A stretch of 51,217 nt of DNA from an uncultured delta proteobacterium (GTDB taxonomy: Bacteria; Desulfobacterota; Desulfobacteria; Desulfobacterales; Desulfosalsimonadaceae): NCBI GenBank assembly GCA_963826785.1, contig CAWGYD010000007.1, positions 1 to 51,217 of the forward strand. The letters run 5' to 3'. The notes beneath the pieces are model-generated. The model had not been told where the DNA came from. It saw nothing but the letters and a program-made list of their open reading frames with translations, and did no database searches. Both the position numbers and the translations under genes were made by a program. This document shows positions 22,778 to 32,571 of this stretch, in pieces (within the stretch, counting starts at the first letter, position 1; every line of letters begins with the position of its first letter).

Positions 22778-23815
22778 ATGTTCATGAAAACATTTGCTTA
22801 TTTTGACACGGGTCATGAGTTTCCCGAGGAGATCGTCATGGCAGCGGGCTTTACCCCCTATAAAATCCTGGGGGATATTCACGAATCGACCGATCCCGCG
22901 GACAGCTACGTCCATAATTATATCTGCCCTTTTTCCAGGAGCGCGCTGACCGAAGGGATGGCCCGCTCCGAAGGGTGGGCCGGGATCGCATTCTGCCACG
23001 GATGCGATGTCACCAACAACCAGTACGACATCTGGAAATACCACGTAAAGACCGATTTTCTGTACTGGATCAACACGCCGGCCAACAACAACAATGCGGG
23101 AAGATCGTTCCACAGGCGCGAGCTCCTGCGATTCATCGATCATCTGGAAAAGAAATTCAAATTCCGGATCTCGACAGAGGATCTGGGCAACGCCATACGG
23201 GTTTCAAATACCATCAAAAGTTTGTTGCGAACAATGGCGTCCCTTCGTTCGACAAAAGACATTTCCAATGCTGAATACCACGATGTCATCCGCAAATGCC
23301 TCCAGTCCCCCAGGGCAGAAACGATAACGGAATTAAAAAGCGCTTTGGATGACTGGCGGAAAAGGCCTGCATTCCCGGACGACAAAATTCCCGTTCTGGT
23401 GACGGGTTCGGATATCACATACGGCGAAGCCATGGAGGTGTTTGAAACCGCGGGGCTGAGAATCGTTCGCGATGACATGTCTCTGGGTGAGCGCTACTTT
23501 GCCGAATCCATTTCCGAGGACGGGGATCCGGTCGAAGCGCTGGTGGACTACAACTGCCGTATCCCCCAGCCCCCCACCCGATTGCCGTTCGAAGCGAGAC
23601 TGGACTTTCTGCGCAAATGCCTGAAGGAAACGCCCGTAAAAGGGATCGTGTACCAGATGCTTAAATTCTGCGAACCCCACGCCCTGGATATGCCTTATAT
23701 GACCGACCAGCTCAGAAAGGACGGTTACAAGGTACTGGTCATCGAGCGGGAATACACGCCCACCATGGATCAGCAGTTGGTCAGCCGGCTTGAAACCTTC
23801 AAGGATATGATCTGA
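22778..23815 (+). CDS. 2-hydroxyacyl-CoA dehydratase / benzoyl-CoA reductase family subunit (HgdB/BcrC/BzdN-like)
   Basis: FPEEIVMAAGFTP, three Cys-containing motifs (YICPFSRS, HGCD, LKFCEPH) and C-terminal QLVSRLETFKDMI. Confidence 0.88.
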   Translation: MFMKTFAYFDTGHEFPEEIVMAAGFTPYKILGDIHESTDPADSYVHNYICPFSRSALTEGMARSEGWAGIAFCHGCDVTNNQYDIWKYHVKTDFLYWINTPANNNNAGRSFHRRELLRFIDHLEKKFKFRISTEDLGNAIRVSNTIKSLLRTMASLRSTKDISNAEYHDVIRKCLQSPRAETITELKSALDDWRKRPAFPDDKIPVLVTGSDITYGEAMEVFETAGLRIVRDDMSLGERYFAESISEDGDPVEALVDYNCRIPQPPTRLPFEARLDFLRKCLKETPVKGIVYQMLKFCEPHALDMPYMTDQLRKDGYKVLVIEREYTPTMDQQLVSRLETFKDMI

Positions 23816-23829
23816 TCAGGAGGAAAAAT

Positions 23830-25188
23830 ATGATACGCATAACCAAATTTATCGCTCAGAATCCAAAGCTTTTCATCAACGGCATCAAAGGGTACCTCAA
23901 CCAGCCGCTCACCCCCCGGATGTTTCAGATCATCATGCAGTACATCAACCGGACCAAGCTCATGAAACTCTTCCCCTGGGTCAAAACCGGTTCATTTTCC
24001 GCCGGGTTCCCGGTGGAGTTCGCCCGGGCGTTCGGCATCTTCCCATATTACCCGGAAGCTTACGCGGCATTGACCGGCGCTGCGGAAAGCACGCAGCCCT
24101 CCATTGAACATGCGGAGAGCCTTGGCTACAGCCGGGATTTGTGCAGCTATATGAAAACCAGCATCGGCGCCTCCCGGTTGAACTGGCCGGAAGATTTCGG
24201 CGGAAGCGAGCCGACCGATTATTACTTCTCCGGCAATCTCGTATGCGACACCCACATGAAATGGTTTGAATCCGAGGCCAAGATTTTCGGCAAACCCCAT
24301 TTCGGCCTGGATGTTCCCAGTCTGGTGGCCGGCGAGAGCGAAGAAAGGCTTGAAGAATATATTGATTATGTTGAACAGCAGCTGTGGGACCTGATCAAGT
24401 TTCTGGAAAATGTCACCGGTAAAAAATTCAACGAGAAAAAATTCCTCAAGACCATCGACCGGTCAACGGAGATGAGCCGCCTGTTCATGGACCTCTATGA
24501 ATACCGGAAACGGCACCCCGCCAACCGCTACTTCGAATGGGTGAGACTGTTCATGCTGCCCATGGTCCCCCAGTGGAATGAGAAAGCCGGGGTGAAATTT
24601 TACCGCAAGCACCTGAAGATGGCCCGGAAACGGTACGGAGACAACAAGGTGATCGAATCCGGCCGGGAAAAGTACCGGGTCCTGTGGGAAGGGATCACCA
24701 TCTGGTACAAGGTCGACCTCTACCAGAAAGTGCTGGCCGAAAAGGGGGCCAAAGTGGTGATGGAGCCCTACACCTATTCCTTTGCGGTACGGAAAAAATC
24801 AGGACTTCCGCTCAGGGAAACCCTGCGCCAGGTGGCCAGGGAACTCATGACCATTCCTTTCACGCTCAATCTCGATGAAAGAATTAAATATTTTAACGGT
24901 CTCATTGATGAGTACGACCTCGACGGCATCATCCTGTTTGCCAACCAGAGCTGCCGTCCCAGCAGCACCGGCCTGCTGGATTTGAAGGAGGCGCTTGTCA
25001 GGGAAAGGGGCATTCCGGTGCTGATGCTCAATACCGACCACTGCGACCCCCGGGCTTATGCAGAGGGGCCCATCAACACCCGGATCGACGGGTTTGTAGA
25101 GATGATGGAAAACTATAAGGCAACAAAAAGCCGGCAGCCCAAACAGCCGGCCCAGACCTCGGCAAAGTTGGCGGAAACCGTATATTGA
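23830..25188 (+). CDS. 2-hydroxyacyl-CoA dehydratase / benzoyl-CoA reductase family subunit (HgdA/BcrB/BzdO-like)
   Basis: Motifs PVEFARAFG...YPE, AESLGYSRDLCSY, LVCDTHMKWF, LDVP, RVLWEG, DGIILFANQSCRP, DHCDPR and TRIDGFVE. Confidence 0.9.
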   Translation: MIRITKFIAQNPKLFINGIKGYLNQPLTPRMFQIIMQYINRTKLMKLFPWVKTGSFSAGFPVEFARAFGIFPYYPEAYAALTGAAESTQPSIEHAESLGYSRDLCSYMKTSIGASRLNWPEDFGGSEPTDYYFSGNLVCDTHMKWFESEAKIFGKPHFGLDVPSLVAGESEERLEEYIDYVEQQLWDLIKFLENVTGKKFNEKKFLKTIDRSTEMSRLFMDLYEYRKRHPANRYFEWVRLFMLPMVPQWNEKAGVKFYRKHLKMARKRYGDNKVIESGREKYRVLWEGITIWYKVDLYQKVLAEKGAKVVMEPYTYSFAVRKKSGLPLRETLRQVARELMTIPFTLNLDERIKYFNGLIDEYDLDGIILFANQSCRPSSTGLLDLKEALVRERGIPVLMLNTDHCDPRAYAEGPINTRIDGFVEMMENYKATKSRQPKQPAQTSAKLAETVY

Positions 25189-25295
25189 CAGGTTTTACCC
25201 GACAAAACCGAATGAAGGACGAGGGCATCGTGAAAAATATCCATCAAAAATGAACTTTAACTTATTTAAAAAAATACTGATTAAGGGAGAACGCC

Positions 25296-26159
25296 ATGAA
25301 TAACGACCAATTTAGAGGAAAGACCGCCCTGATCAGCGGTGCCGGATCGGGTATCGGGCTGGAACTCGCAAAAAAACTCGGGCAGGAAGGTTCCATTATC
25401 ATTGGAACCGACATCAATTCCGCGCGGGTAGAGAAGATGATGAACATCCTGCAGGATATGGGGATCCGTGCGCATGGATACACAGTGGATCACACGGATG
25501 TTTCCGCAGTCGAGGCGCTTGCGCACAAGATTGAATCGGAAATCGGTCCTGTTGATATTCTATGCTGCAATGCCGGAGTCGGCCATGGCGCAAAAATCGA
25601 CACCATCCCCTTAAAAGAGTGGAAATGGGTAATGGATATCAATCTCTGGGGGGTCATTTACATGATCCACGTTTTCCTTCCCGCCATGATTCAACGCAAG
25701 CAGGGACAGATCCTCATCACGGCGAGCGGCGCCGGGCTTTTCCCCCTTGCCGGCATGGCCCCCTACTGCATGTCCAAATCGGCCCTGGTGACATTGACCA
25801 ATGTCATGCGGATGGAACTGAAGATCCATGATATCAACGTTTCCGCCCTCTGTCCCGGCATTATCAACACCAATATCATCCGGGACGGAATCATCCAGGG
25901 GGAAGACAACAAGACATACGCCCAGAAATTTTATGCCGCCTGGGGAACCCATCCTTCCAAAGTGGCTAAAGCAGCCGTTAAGGGCCTCAAAAGAAACAAG
26001 GGGATCATCATCACGCCCCGATACCAGATCCTGATGAATTACCTGATGTATCGCCTATCGCCGGCATTGATCGTCTGGCTGGGAAGCGCACTGTTCAAAA
26101 GGGGATGGAATTTCATCGGCCCGCTGCTGAAAGAAAAAGATAAAAATGAGGTCAACTGA
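25296..26159 (+). CDS. Short-chain dehydrogenase/reductase (SDR)
   Basis: SGAGSGIG Rossmann motif, CNAGV, catalytic YCMSK and CPGII. Confidence 0.93.
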   Translation: MNNDQFRGKTALISGAGSGIGLELAKKLGQEGSIIIGTDINSARVEKMMNILQDMGIRAHGYTVDHTDVSAVEALAHKIESEIGPVDILCCNAGVGHGAKIDTIPLKEWKWVMDINLWGVIYMIHVFLPAMIQRKQGQILITASGAGLFPLAGMAPYCMSKSALVTLTNVMRMELKIHDINVSALCPGIINTNIIRDGIIQGEDNKTYAQKFYAAWGTHPSKVAKAAVKGLKRNKGIIITPRYQILMNYLMYRLSPALIVWLGSALFKRGWNFIGPLLKEKDKNEVN

Positions 26160-26283
26160 AAACCAGATGGAAATTCGTGAGGCGAACTGACCTTGATTAT
26201 CAAAAGGCATTGAATCTGCCTGCCCGGTATGGGAGACGGGGCAGTCCGCTGCCTGTGTGGTAAATGCTTGTTTATTTACTAAC

Positions 26284-26688
26284 TCATTTGGATAATACGC
26301 CCCATCGCGCGAGTTTCAGATACAATGGCTTCATCCAACCTCGCCGGTTCAGCCATGCCGTGAGATTATAATAAAGGTTCGGCGTCAGCCGCTTGTTGAG
26401 CCACAGCATCCTGCCGAAAAACATGGGCACCGCATACAGTTTGTTCTTTGCCACCGCCTGGACGAGTTTTCTGGCGATCCTGTCCGCCTGATAGCCTTTT
26501 TCAAAAGCGGTTTTTGCGACCTCGGATATCCATGGATCGGTGCTTTTCAGGGTTTCCCTGGCTCCGGCATCATTGATATCAACGAGGCCGATCCTCCATC
26601 CCAGTTTGGCAAATTCCAGTGACAACGCCCTTCCCAGGCCGCTTCCCCCGCCGGTGATCACCACTCTCTTGTTCGGAAATCTTTTCAT
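26284..26688 (-). pseudogene. SDR with an in-frame internal deletion (catalytic core missing)
   Basis: 134 aa. The N-terminal VVITGGGSGLG...LVDINDAGARETLK joins directly to a C-terminal-type segment (ADRIARKLVQAVAKNKLY...). No NNAG and no correctly placed catalytic YxxxK. Confidence 0.75.
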
Positions 26689-26853
26689 GAGTATATCCCT
26701 AAAAATCTATGGATTTGTACTTCATTTTATCTCAGACCTCCCGCCATCCTGGAAAAACATCTTCATTTACTTCTTTTACCGATTTCCCGGTAATCTTCGA
26801 TTTGGTATTTTATCAATTTGCTCTCCTCTTTATTTATTACTGATGTACAAATT

Positions 26854-27171
26854 CTACAGGCGTGGCGGCAGCAGCTTTCCCCGATCAATGGTTTTGAAAT
26901 ATCCCGTATATTCATACCCTTTGACAAGAGCAATGGCATCTTCCGGGCATATGGCCATACAGTCACCGCATCCCATGCATTCATTAATATGATTTTCCGG
27001 CATTTTGGACAGTTTGTTTTCAATAACGAGCGCATCCGCCGGACATGCTTTGACACAAAAACCGCAGCCGGAGCATTTCTCATTATCGATCTCCACAATG
27101 CCGTTGTTGATCTGATCCGGATCATCGTAAATCGGTATCCGTCGTTTTTCAGAAAAACTTAAATTTTTCAT
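26854..27171 (-). CDS. 2x[4Fe-4S] dicluster ferredoxin-like protein
   Basis: CSGCGFCVKACP and CMGCGDCMAICP; GGGGAGG RBS. Confidence 0.92.
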   Translation of the reverse strand: MKNLSFSEKRRIPIYDDPDQINNGIVEIDNEKCSGCGFCVKACPADALVIENKLSKMPENHINECMGCGDCMAICPEDAIALVKGYEYTGYFKTIDRGKLLPPRL

Positions 27172-27198
27172 AAAATGCCTCCCTGCAATATTTCAGGA

Positions 27199-27915
27199 TT
27201 AATAATTTATTTTTTTAGAACCATTTTCATACCAGTCCACGGCATGGGTGGCCCGCTTGACCATGCCGTCCGGCTCTCCCACCGGCCATCCAACGGCGAT
27301 GCTTGAAGCGAATTTATACGGATAGGAAATTCCAAAGAATTTTTTCCATTTTAAAACATATTGAAACGCCAGCTTGACAAAACCGACCCAGCAGGTGCCA
27401 AGTCCCATGCTGTGGGCTGCCAATACCATATTTTGTCCGGCAATCCCGCAATCCAGGTCCGGATTGGAAACACCCCGAACATCCTTAAATATCAAGATAA
27501 CCGTCGGCGCGCCGTGAAACAGGCCCAGCTTGCCGTCCGCGATCAATGTGCAGGCGCCAAAGGGGACCGGATGCAAATCGCGAGGCTTCATCTTGATATT
27601 GAATTTTGCAATGGGAAGACGCCATCGTTTTCCGGAAATCCGGTAATCAATCAGGGATTTAAATAGTTTGCAGATCTTGATCGTTGTATCGGTCAGCCCT
27701 TTGATGATTTCAGGTTCCCGAACCACAATAAACTTCCAGGGTTGGCTGTTTCCGGCGGACGGGGCAAACCGGCCAGCTTCGATAATCCGGCTAATCATAA
27801 ATTCCGGGACCTGTTCTTTTTTGTAAAGCCGGACGCTGCGGCGGCTGAGAATAACTTCTTCCGTCGGCGTCCACTCATTTTGCAGTTTTTCAGCGAGTTG
27901 TGTTTGTTTGCCCAT
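27199..27915 (-). CDS. Nitroreductase-family flavoprotein
   Basis: Motifs SRRSVRLY, AGRFAPSAGNSQPWKF and DCGIAGQNMVLAAHSMGLGTCWVG. Start ATG 27915 after GGAGG. Confidence 0.92.
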   Translation of the reverse strand: MGKQTQLAEKLQNEWTPTEEVILSRRSVRLYKKEQVPEFMISRIIEAGRFAPSAGNSQPWKFIVVREPEIIKGLTDTTIKICKLFKSLIDYRISGKRWRLPIAKFNIKMKPRDLHPVPFGACTLIADGKLGLFHGAPTVILIFKDVRGVSNPDLDCGIAGQNMVLAAHSMGLGTCWVGFVKLAFQYVLKWKKFFGISYPYKFASSIAVGWPVGEPDGMVKRATHAVDWYENGSKKINY

Positions 27916-27966
27916 GATATGCCTCCATCGCATTGGGGGTTTAAAATAACGGGGATTTTTTATCCC

Positions 27967-28062
27967 TCAATTTACGGACATGGGTTCAGCCGGGAAGCAG
28001 ATACCCGATGCTGCTCCGGTTATAATGCATACCTTGCCGTTATAAATATTCATCCCCATCAT
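27967..28062 (-). pseudogene. 5' remnant of an SDR gene (below the ORF-track cutoff)
   Basis: AGGAAGG RBS, then MMGMNIYNGKVCIITGAASGI (SDR TGxxxGIG start) followed by unrelated sequence and a stop. Confidence 0.7.
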
Positions 28063-28083
28063 TGACCTTCCTTTCGTCTTTAG

Positions 28084-28470
28084 TTATTTAATCGTATCTA
28101 AAACCTGTTTAAATAAAACAGCAAAAACAAGGTCAACGCAGCCTGCCATAAAGAGCAGCCAGGTAATATCGCCTTTTATCATATAAATAAGGAACAGCAG
28201 GAAAACCAGCATCTTGCCGATTATACCCATTTTAATGATGTCCCGGTTTCTTTCTACATCCTTGCTGATCCAGTAATATCCCAGTCCAAAAATGAATATC
28301 GCCCCTGCTACGATAAAAAACCACAGCATGCTTTCCGGAACTGTAAGGAATAATTCAAGGATATTGACATTGATAAAATACAAACCGACAAATAAAAGAG
28401 CGGCCCCCCAGTTCCATAGCGCGCCAATAAAAAATAAGTTCTTTTGATATGATTCACTCTGTGCCATCAT
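28084..28470 (-). CDS. Small integral membrane protein (about 4 TM helices), unknown function
   Basis: 128 aa with four hydrophobic stretches, AAGGA RBS, AT-rich coding sequence. Confidence 0.8.
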   Translation of the reverse strand: MMAQSESYQKNLFFIGALWNWGAALLFVGLYFINVNILELFLTVPESMLWFFIVAGAIFIFGLGYYWISKDVERNRDIIKMGIIGKMLVFLLFLIYMIKGDITWLLFMAGCVDLVFAVLFKQVLDTIK

Positions 28471-28560
28471 ATATTTCCTTTCTGATAAATAGTTGACCTG
28501 ATTTTAGATCCGCTTCCGTCTATTCCTGAACCTGAGTTCGGGTTTGAGTCACTACTTTCA

Positions 28561-29520
28561 TTATGCGAGTTCCTTTTTAAACGCGTCCGTCAGTTCCGGC
28601 ACTATCTTGAACAAATCCCCGGCCAGGCCAAAATCCGCTACTCCAAAAATCGGTGCTTCTTCATCCTTGTTGATGGCCACAATTACCTTGCTGTTTTTCA
28701 TCCCCGCCAGATGCTGAATGGCTCCGGAGATGCCCACGGCGATATACAGGTCCGGGGCAACGGTTTTTCCGGTCTGGCCCACCTGGAAGTCATTGGATAT
28801 CCAGCCGGCATCCACGGCGGCCCGACTGGCGCCCACCGCGCCGCCGAACAGATCGGTCAACTGCTCGATGAGCGCAAAATTTTCCGGGCCTTTCATTCCT
28901 CTGCCCCCCGTCACGACAACACGGGCCTCCGTCGGGTCCGGCCGGTCGCTGCGGGTCTCCCGCATGTCCACAAACCGGGTTTTTGCCTTGTGCGCGGGTA
29001 TCTGGAGCGGGGATATGACGCTTTCTTTTCCGGCAGGTTGGCAAGCGGCAAATGCGGTTCCCTGGATGGTCGCCACGGTCACTGGTGTTTTCACTTCAAG
29101 GGTGGCCTGAGCGTTTCCGGCCCACATTTCCCGTATATAACACTGGCCATCAAACCCGATCAGGTCTGTCACCATTCCGGCGCTGAGTTTCGCCGCCACT
29201 CTGGGCATCAGGTCGCGCCCGGTGGTGCCGGAATTCATGCCGACAAAAACGGCATCGCATTGTTTGGCGACTTCAGCAACGACATGTCCCCAAGTCTCGG
29301 CTGTATAATTGGTAAACGATGGGTCATCCAGCAGAAAAATCGTATCTGCGCCATAGGGTTTTACTTGATCCGCAACCCCGGCCACGCCATGACCGATCAC
29401 CAGCAGATTCAATGGAGCGCCGCGGTTTTCAGCCATCTGGCGGGCAAAGGTCAAGGCATTTAAGGTGGCGTTTTTAAGTTTTTGTTTCTGATGTTCAACG
29501 ACCAAAAGTACACTTGGCAT
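28561..29520 (-). CDS. etfA: Electron transfer flavoprotein alpha subunit
   Basis: Motifs VVVTGGRGM, GASRAAVDAGW, QVGQTGKTVAPDLYIAVGISGAIQHLAGM and AINKDEEAPIF. Confidence 0.96.
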   Translation of the reverse strand: MPSVLLVVEHQKQKLKNATLNALTFARQMAENRGAPLNLLVIGHGVAGVADQVKPYGADTIFLLDDPSFTNYTAETWGHVVAEVAKQCDAVFVGMNSGTTGRDLMPRVAAKLSAGMVTDLIGFDGQCYIREMWAGNAQATLEVKTPVTVATIQGTAFAACQPAGKESVISPLQIPAHKAKTRFVDMRETRSDRPDPTEARVVVTGGRGMKGPENFALIEQLTDLFGGAVGASRAAVDAGWISNDFQVGQTGKTVAPDLYIAVGISGAIQHLAGMKNSKVIVAINKDEEAPIFGVADFGLAGDLFKIVPELTDAFKKELA

Positions 29521-29535
29521 TTATCTTCTCCTTAT

Positions 29536-30282
29536 TTAGATCACCCTGGCCTCTTCTTTGAGCGCCTGGACAAGTTCATTCACATCAGCAACGATCCGGC
29601 CGCCTTTTCGTTTCGGCGGCTCCGACATTTTCCGGATCAATACTTTTGGTGTCATGTTTACGCCCAAATCCGCGGGCGACAGAGTTTTGATCTCCTTTTT
29701 CTTTGCTTTCATGATGGCCGGAAGCGCGGGGTATCGGGGTTCGTTTAAACGCAGGTCGGCGCTGATGATTCCGGGCAGATCGATCTCCACGATTTCAATG
29801 CCGCCATCCACTTCTCTTTCAACTCTGGCGGTTGCACCGTTGATCTCTATTTTGGAAGCAAAACAGGCCTGCCCCCATCCCAGGTATTCAGCCAGGAGCT
29901 GGGCCACCTGATTGTTGTCGTCATCCACCGCCTGCTTGCCAAGTATCACCAGATCCGGCTGTTCGCTGTCGATGACGGCTTTTAAGATGTTTGCCACCGT
30001 ATCCGAATCCGAATCTCCTTCCACCTGAACATGGATACCGCGGTCGGCCCCCATGGAAAGTCCATAGCGGATTTCCGTCTGGGCCTTCTGGCTTCCGATA
30101 CCAGCCACCACCACCTCACCGCCCTTATCCTCCTTGATGCGAAGGGCTTCTTCAATGGCGATCTCATCAAATGGATTGACCTTGAAGCTCATGCTGGACA
30201 GATCGATGCCCGAACCATCTTCCTTGATTTTTATTTTCATATCCGGGTCCGTGACCCGCTTGGCTGTGACCAGAATTTTCAT
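29536..30282 (-). CDS. etfB: Electron transfer flavoprotein beta subunit
   Basis: Motifs NPFDEIAIEEALR, MGADRG, GKQAVDDDNNQV and LRLNEPRYPALPAIMKAKKK. Confidence 0.96.
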   Translation of the reverse strand: MKILVTAKRVTDPDMKIKIKEDGSGIDLSSMSFKVNPFDEIAIEEALRIKEDKGGEVVVAGIGSQKAQTEIRYGLSMGADRGIHVQVEGDSDSDTVANILKAVIDSEQPDLVILGKQAVDDDNNQVAQLLAEYLGWGQACFASKIEINGATARVEREVDGGIEIVEIDLPGIISADLRLNEPRYPALPAIMKAKKKEIKTLSPADLGVNMTPKVLIRKMSEPPKRKGGRIVADVNELVQALKEEARVI

Positions 30283-30285
30283 AGA

Positions 30286-31536
30286 TCAAACCTTTTCCAG
30301 GATATGAATGCCCATGGCCGCCTCTTCATACGCCAGATTCCCGCCGCCGTTTTCCGCCATGGCAAGACGGCAGCCCTGAACCTGCCGCGGGCCGGCTTCA
30401 TGTCTTAATTGGGTGACTAGTTCGTGAATCTGCCCCAGGCCGGACGCACCAATGGGATGACCGCGGGACTCCAAACCGCCAGAAGTATTAATGGGTATTT
30501 TCCCACCAAGTTTTGTTGCTCCGGATTCCGCAAACACACCACCTTCGCCCATCGGGCAAAACCCCAGCGATTCGCTTTGGTGCAATTCACCAAAAGCTGT
30601 CGCATCATGGACTTCGGCCACGTGAATATCTTCGGGTCCGACTCCGGCCATTGCATAGGCTTTTTGTGAAACAAGACAGGCAATATCCTTGTTTTCTTCC
30701 TCAATTCTGCGATCCGTGCCAGACCCCAGAACAGACGCCCTTATTTTTACAGGACGGGCGTTTTTTATCTTTTTCAAAAAATCAGCAGAACACAATACCG
30801 CCCCGGCGCCGCCGTCACCAACCGGTGCGCACATGGGAACCGTGAGCGGCCAGCTGACCGATCGGGCAGCCAGAACTTCGTCCACACTTATTTGATTCTG
30901 ATACTGGGCATTCGGATTCATGGAACTATGAAAATGGTTCTTGGAAGCAATCACGGCCAACTGTTTTTGTGTGGTCCCGTATTTGTTCATGTGATATCTT
31001 GCAAAAGCCGAATACACATCCATAAACGCGCTGCGATTTTGTCCGGCACCGCCAGCGTCGTCTTCTTTCGGGATTTCAAGATCGATGTTTTTGCTCACTG
31101 CCTGGAGCATTTCCATGTGAGGAACCATGTTTTCAACATCAATGCCGGTCCAGAAGGCTTTAAACATTTTCACCTTGTCTTCGTCATACATTTTCTCGGC
31201 ACCCAGGGCGATCACACATTCATAAACACCGGATGCGACACCCATCCATGCACAATGGAAACCGGTGGCTCCCCCGGCGCAGGCATTTTCCAGATTGTAT
31301 ATGGGCAACCCCATAACGCCCAATGGCCGCAATGCCACCTGGCCCCTGATACAGTGCTGGTTCGATTGATATCCCCAGTTGGAGTTGGAAAAGTAAATTG
31401 CATCTAAAGCATCCTGACCGATGTCGGCATCAGCCAGCGTTTTTTCCAAAGCTTCAGCAGCAATACTTTTAATCGACCGATCCCAGTACCGGGCAAATTT
31501 TGTCATCCCAACACCGATTACAAATACATCATGCAT
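30286..31536 (-). CDS. Thiolase family protein, SCP2-thiolase-like (HDxF-type)
   Basis: Motifs GVGMTKF, ENACAGG, DGGAGAVL, EVHDAT, NTSGGL, GHPIGASG and ENGGG. Start ATG 31536 after AGGAGA. Confidence 0.92.
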   Translation of the reverse strand: MHDVFVIGVGMTKFARYWDRSIKSIAAEALEKTLADADIGQDALDAIYFSNSNWGYQSNQHCIRGQVALRPLGVMGLPIYNLENACAGGATGFHCAWMGVASGVYECVIALGAEKMYDEDKVKMFKAFWTGIDVENMVPHMEMLQAVSKNIDLEIPKEDDAGGAGQNRSAFMDVYSAFARYHMNKYGTTQKQLAVIASKNHFHSSMNPNAQYQNQISVDEVLAARSVSWPLTVPMCAPVGDGGAGAVLCSADFLKKIKNARPVKIRASVLGSGTDRRIEEENKDIACLVSQKAYAMAGVGPEDIHVAEVHDATAFGELHQSESLGFCPMGEGGVFAESGATKLGGKIPINTSGGLESRGHPIGASGLGQIHELVTQLRHEAGPRQVQGCRLAMAENGGGNLAYEEAAMGIHILEKV

Positions 31537-31612
31537 GATATCTCCTATTTCTTTTCGCTCATTGTAAAAAGTGGCTGCCATTTTTATGATTGTGTTTAAA
31601 AATTAATATCCT

Positions 31613-32462
31613 CTATCTCTTCTGCAGCTTTTTTAGCCTTTTCCTGTCCAAGCGGTGAAAGAATCTCAACATACGCAGATACCCCATTGGCCAGATTCGA
31701 TAATTCCACCAGAACAACCTGCCGATCTTAGGCACAAAAGCGATGGTTTTCTTTTTGATCACAGCCTTGAGTATTAATTTTGCACAGACATCAGGGGTGA
31801 TGGCGGATAATTTTTCAAACAGGATAGCCAGATAAGAGCTCAACACATTTTCCGAGGTCGTGTTGACCGTTTCGCTATCGGTAAGCAATGGTGTCCGAAT
31901 ATATCCGGGACAGATGATTGTAAGATCGACGCCCGTATCAGCGGCTTCCACCCATAAGCTTTCCGTTAATCCGAACACGGCGTGCTTGGTTCCCACATAG
32001 GATGCTGTAAGGGGAAATGGAAGAACTCCTTCCACGGAAGACAGGTTGATAATATGACCGCTACCCTGTTTGACCATGAGATGGTAGGCGTGATAAGTGC
32101 CGTAGAGAAGGCCGTTTAAATTCACGTCAAGCACCCTGGTCATATGGTCCAAATTAATGTCCCTCACTTCTCCAATTATTACAATTCCAGCGTTGTTAAA
32201 GAGATAATCCAGTTTGCCATACTCGGCCGCCGTGTCTTCAATAATCTTTTTGAAAGCAAATTTATCCGTCACATCCAGTTTAACGGCTTTGACTTTCAGC
32301 CCATTTTTAAGTAGTGCTTCAGTGGCTTTTTCAACCTGTTCAAAATTTATGTCAGCCATGACCACATAGGCTCCTTGCCGGGCCAGTTGATCACAAAGAT
32401 TTCGGCCAATGCCTGAAGCGCTCCCAGTTACAATGGCAGATTTTATCCTTGAAAATGCTCAT
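31613..32462 (-). CDS. SDR oxidoreductase, split by one +1 frameshift at 32441-32444
   Basis: ATG 32462 after AAGGAG. Removing one A from GAT-AAAA-TCT gives MSIFKDKSAIVTGSASGIGRNL...VVMAD, continuing into NNAGI, NLSS, YVGTK and CPGYI. Confidence 0.88.
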
Positions 32463-32571
32463 TGAATCTCCTTTTCCCCCACGGTTTTAATGTTTCTAAA
32501 AATTCCGTGTTTGGCGAAACGTCGCTTGCCGGCTCCTATGATATATACATCGCGCATGATTTAGCTTTTGG

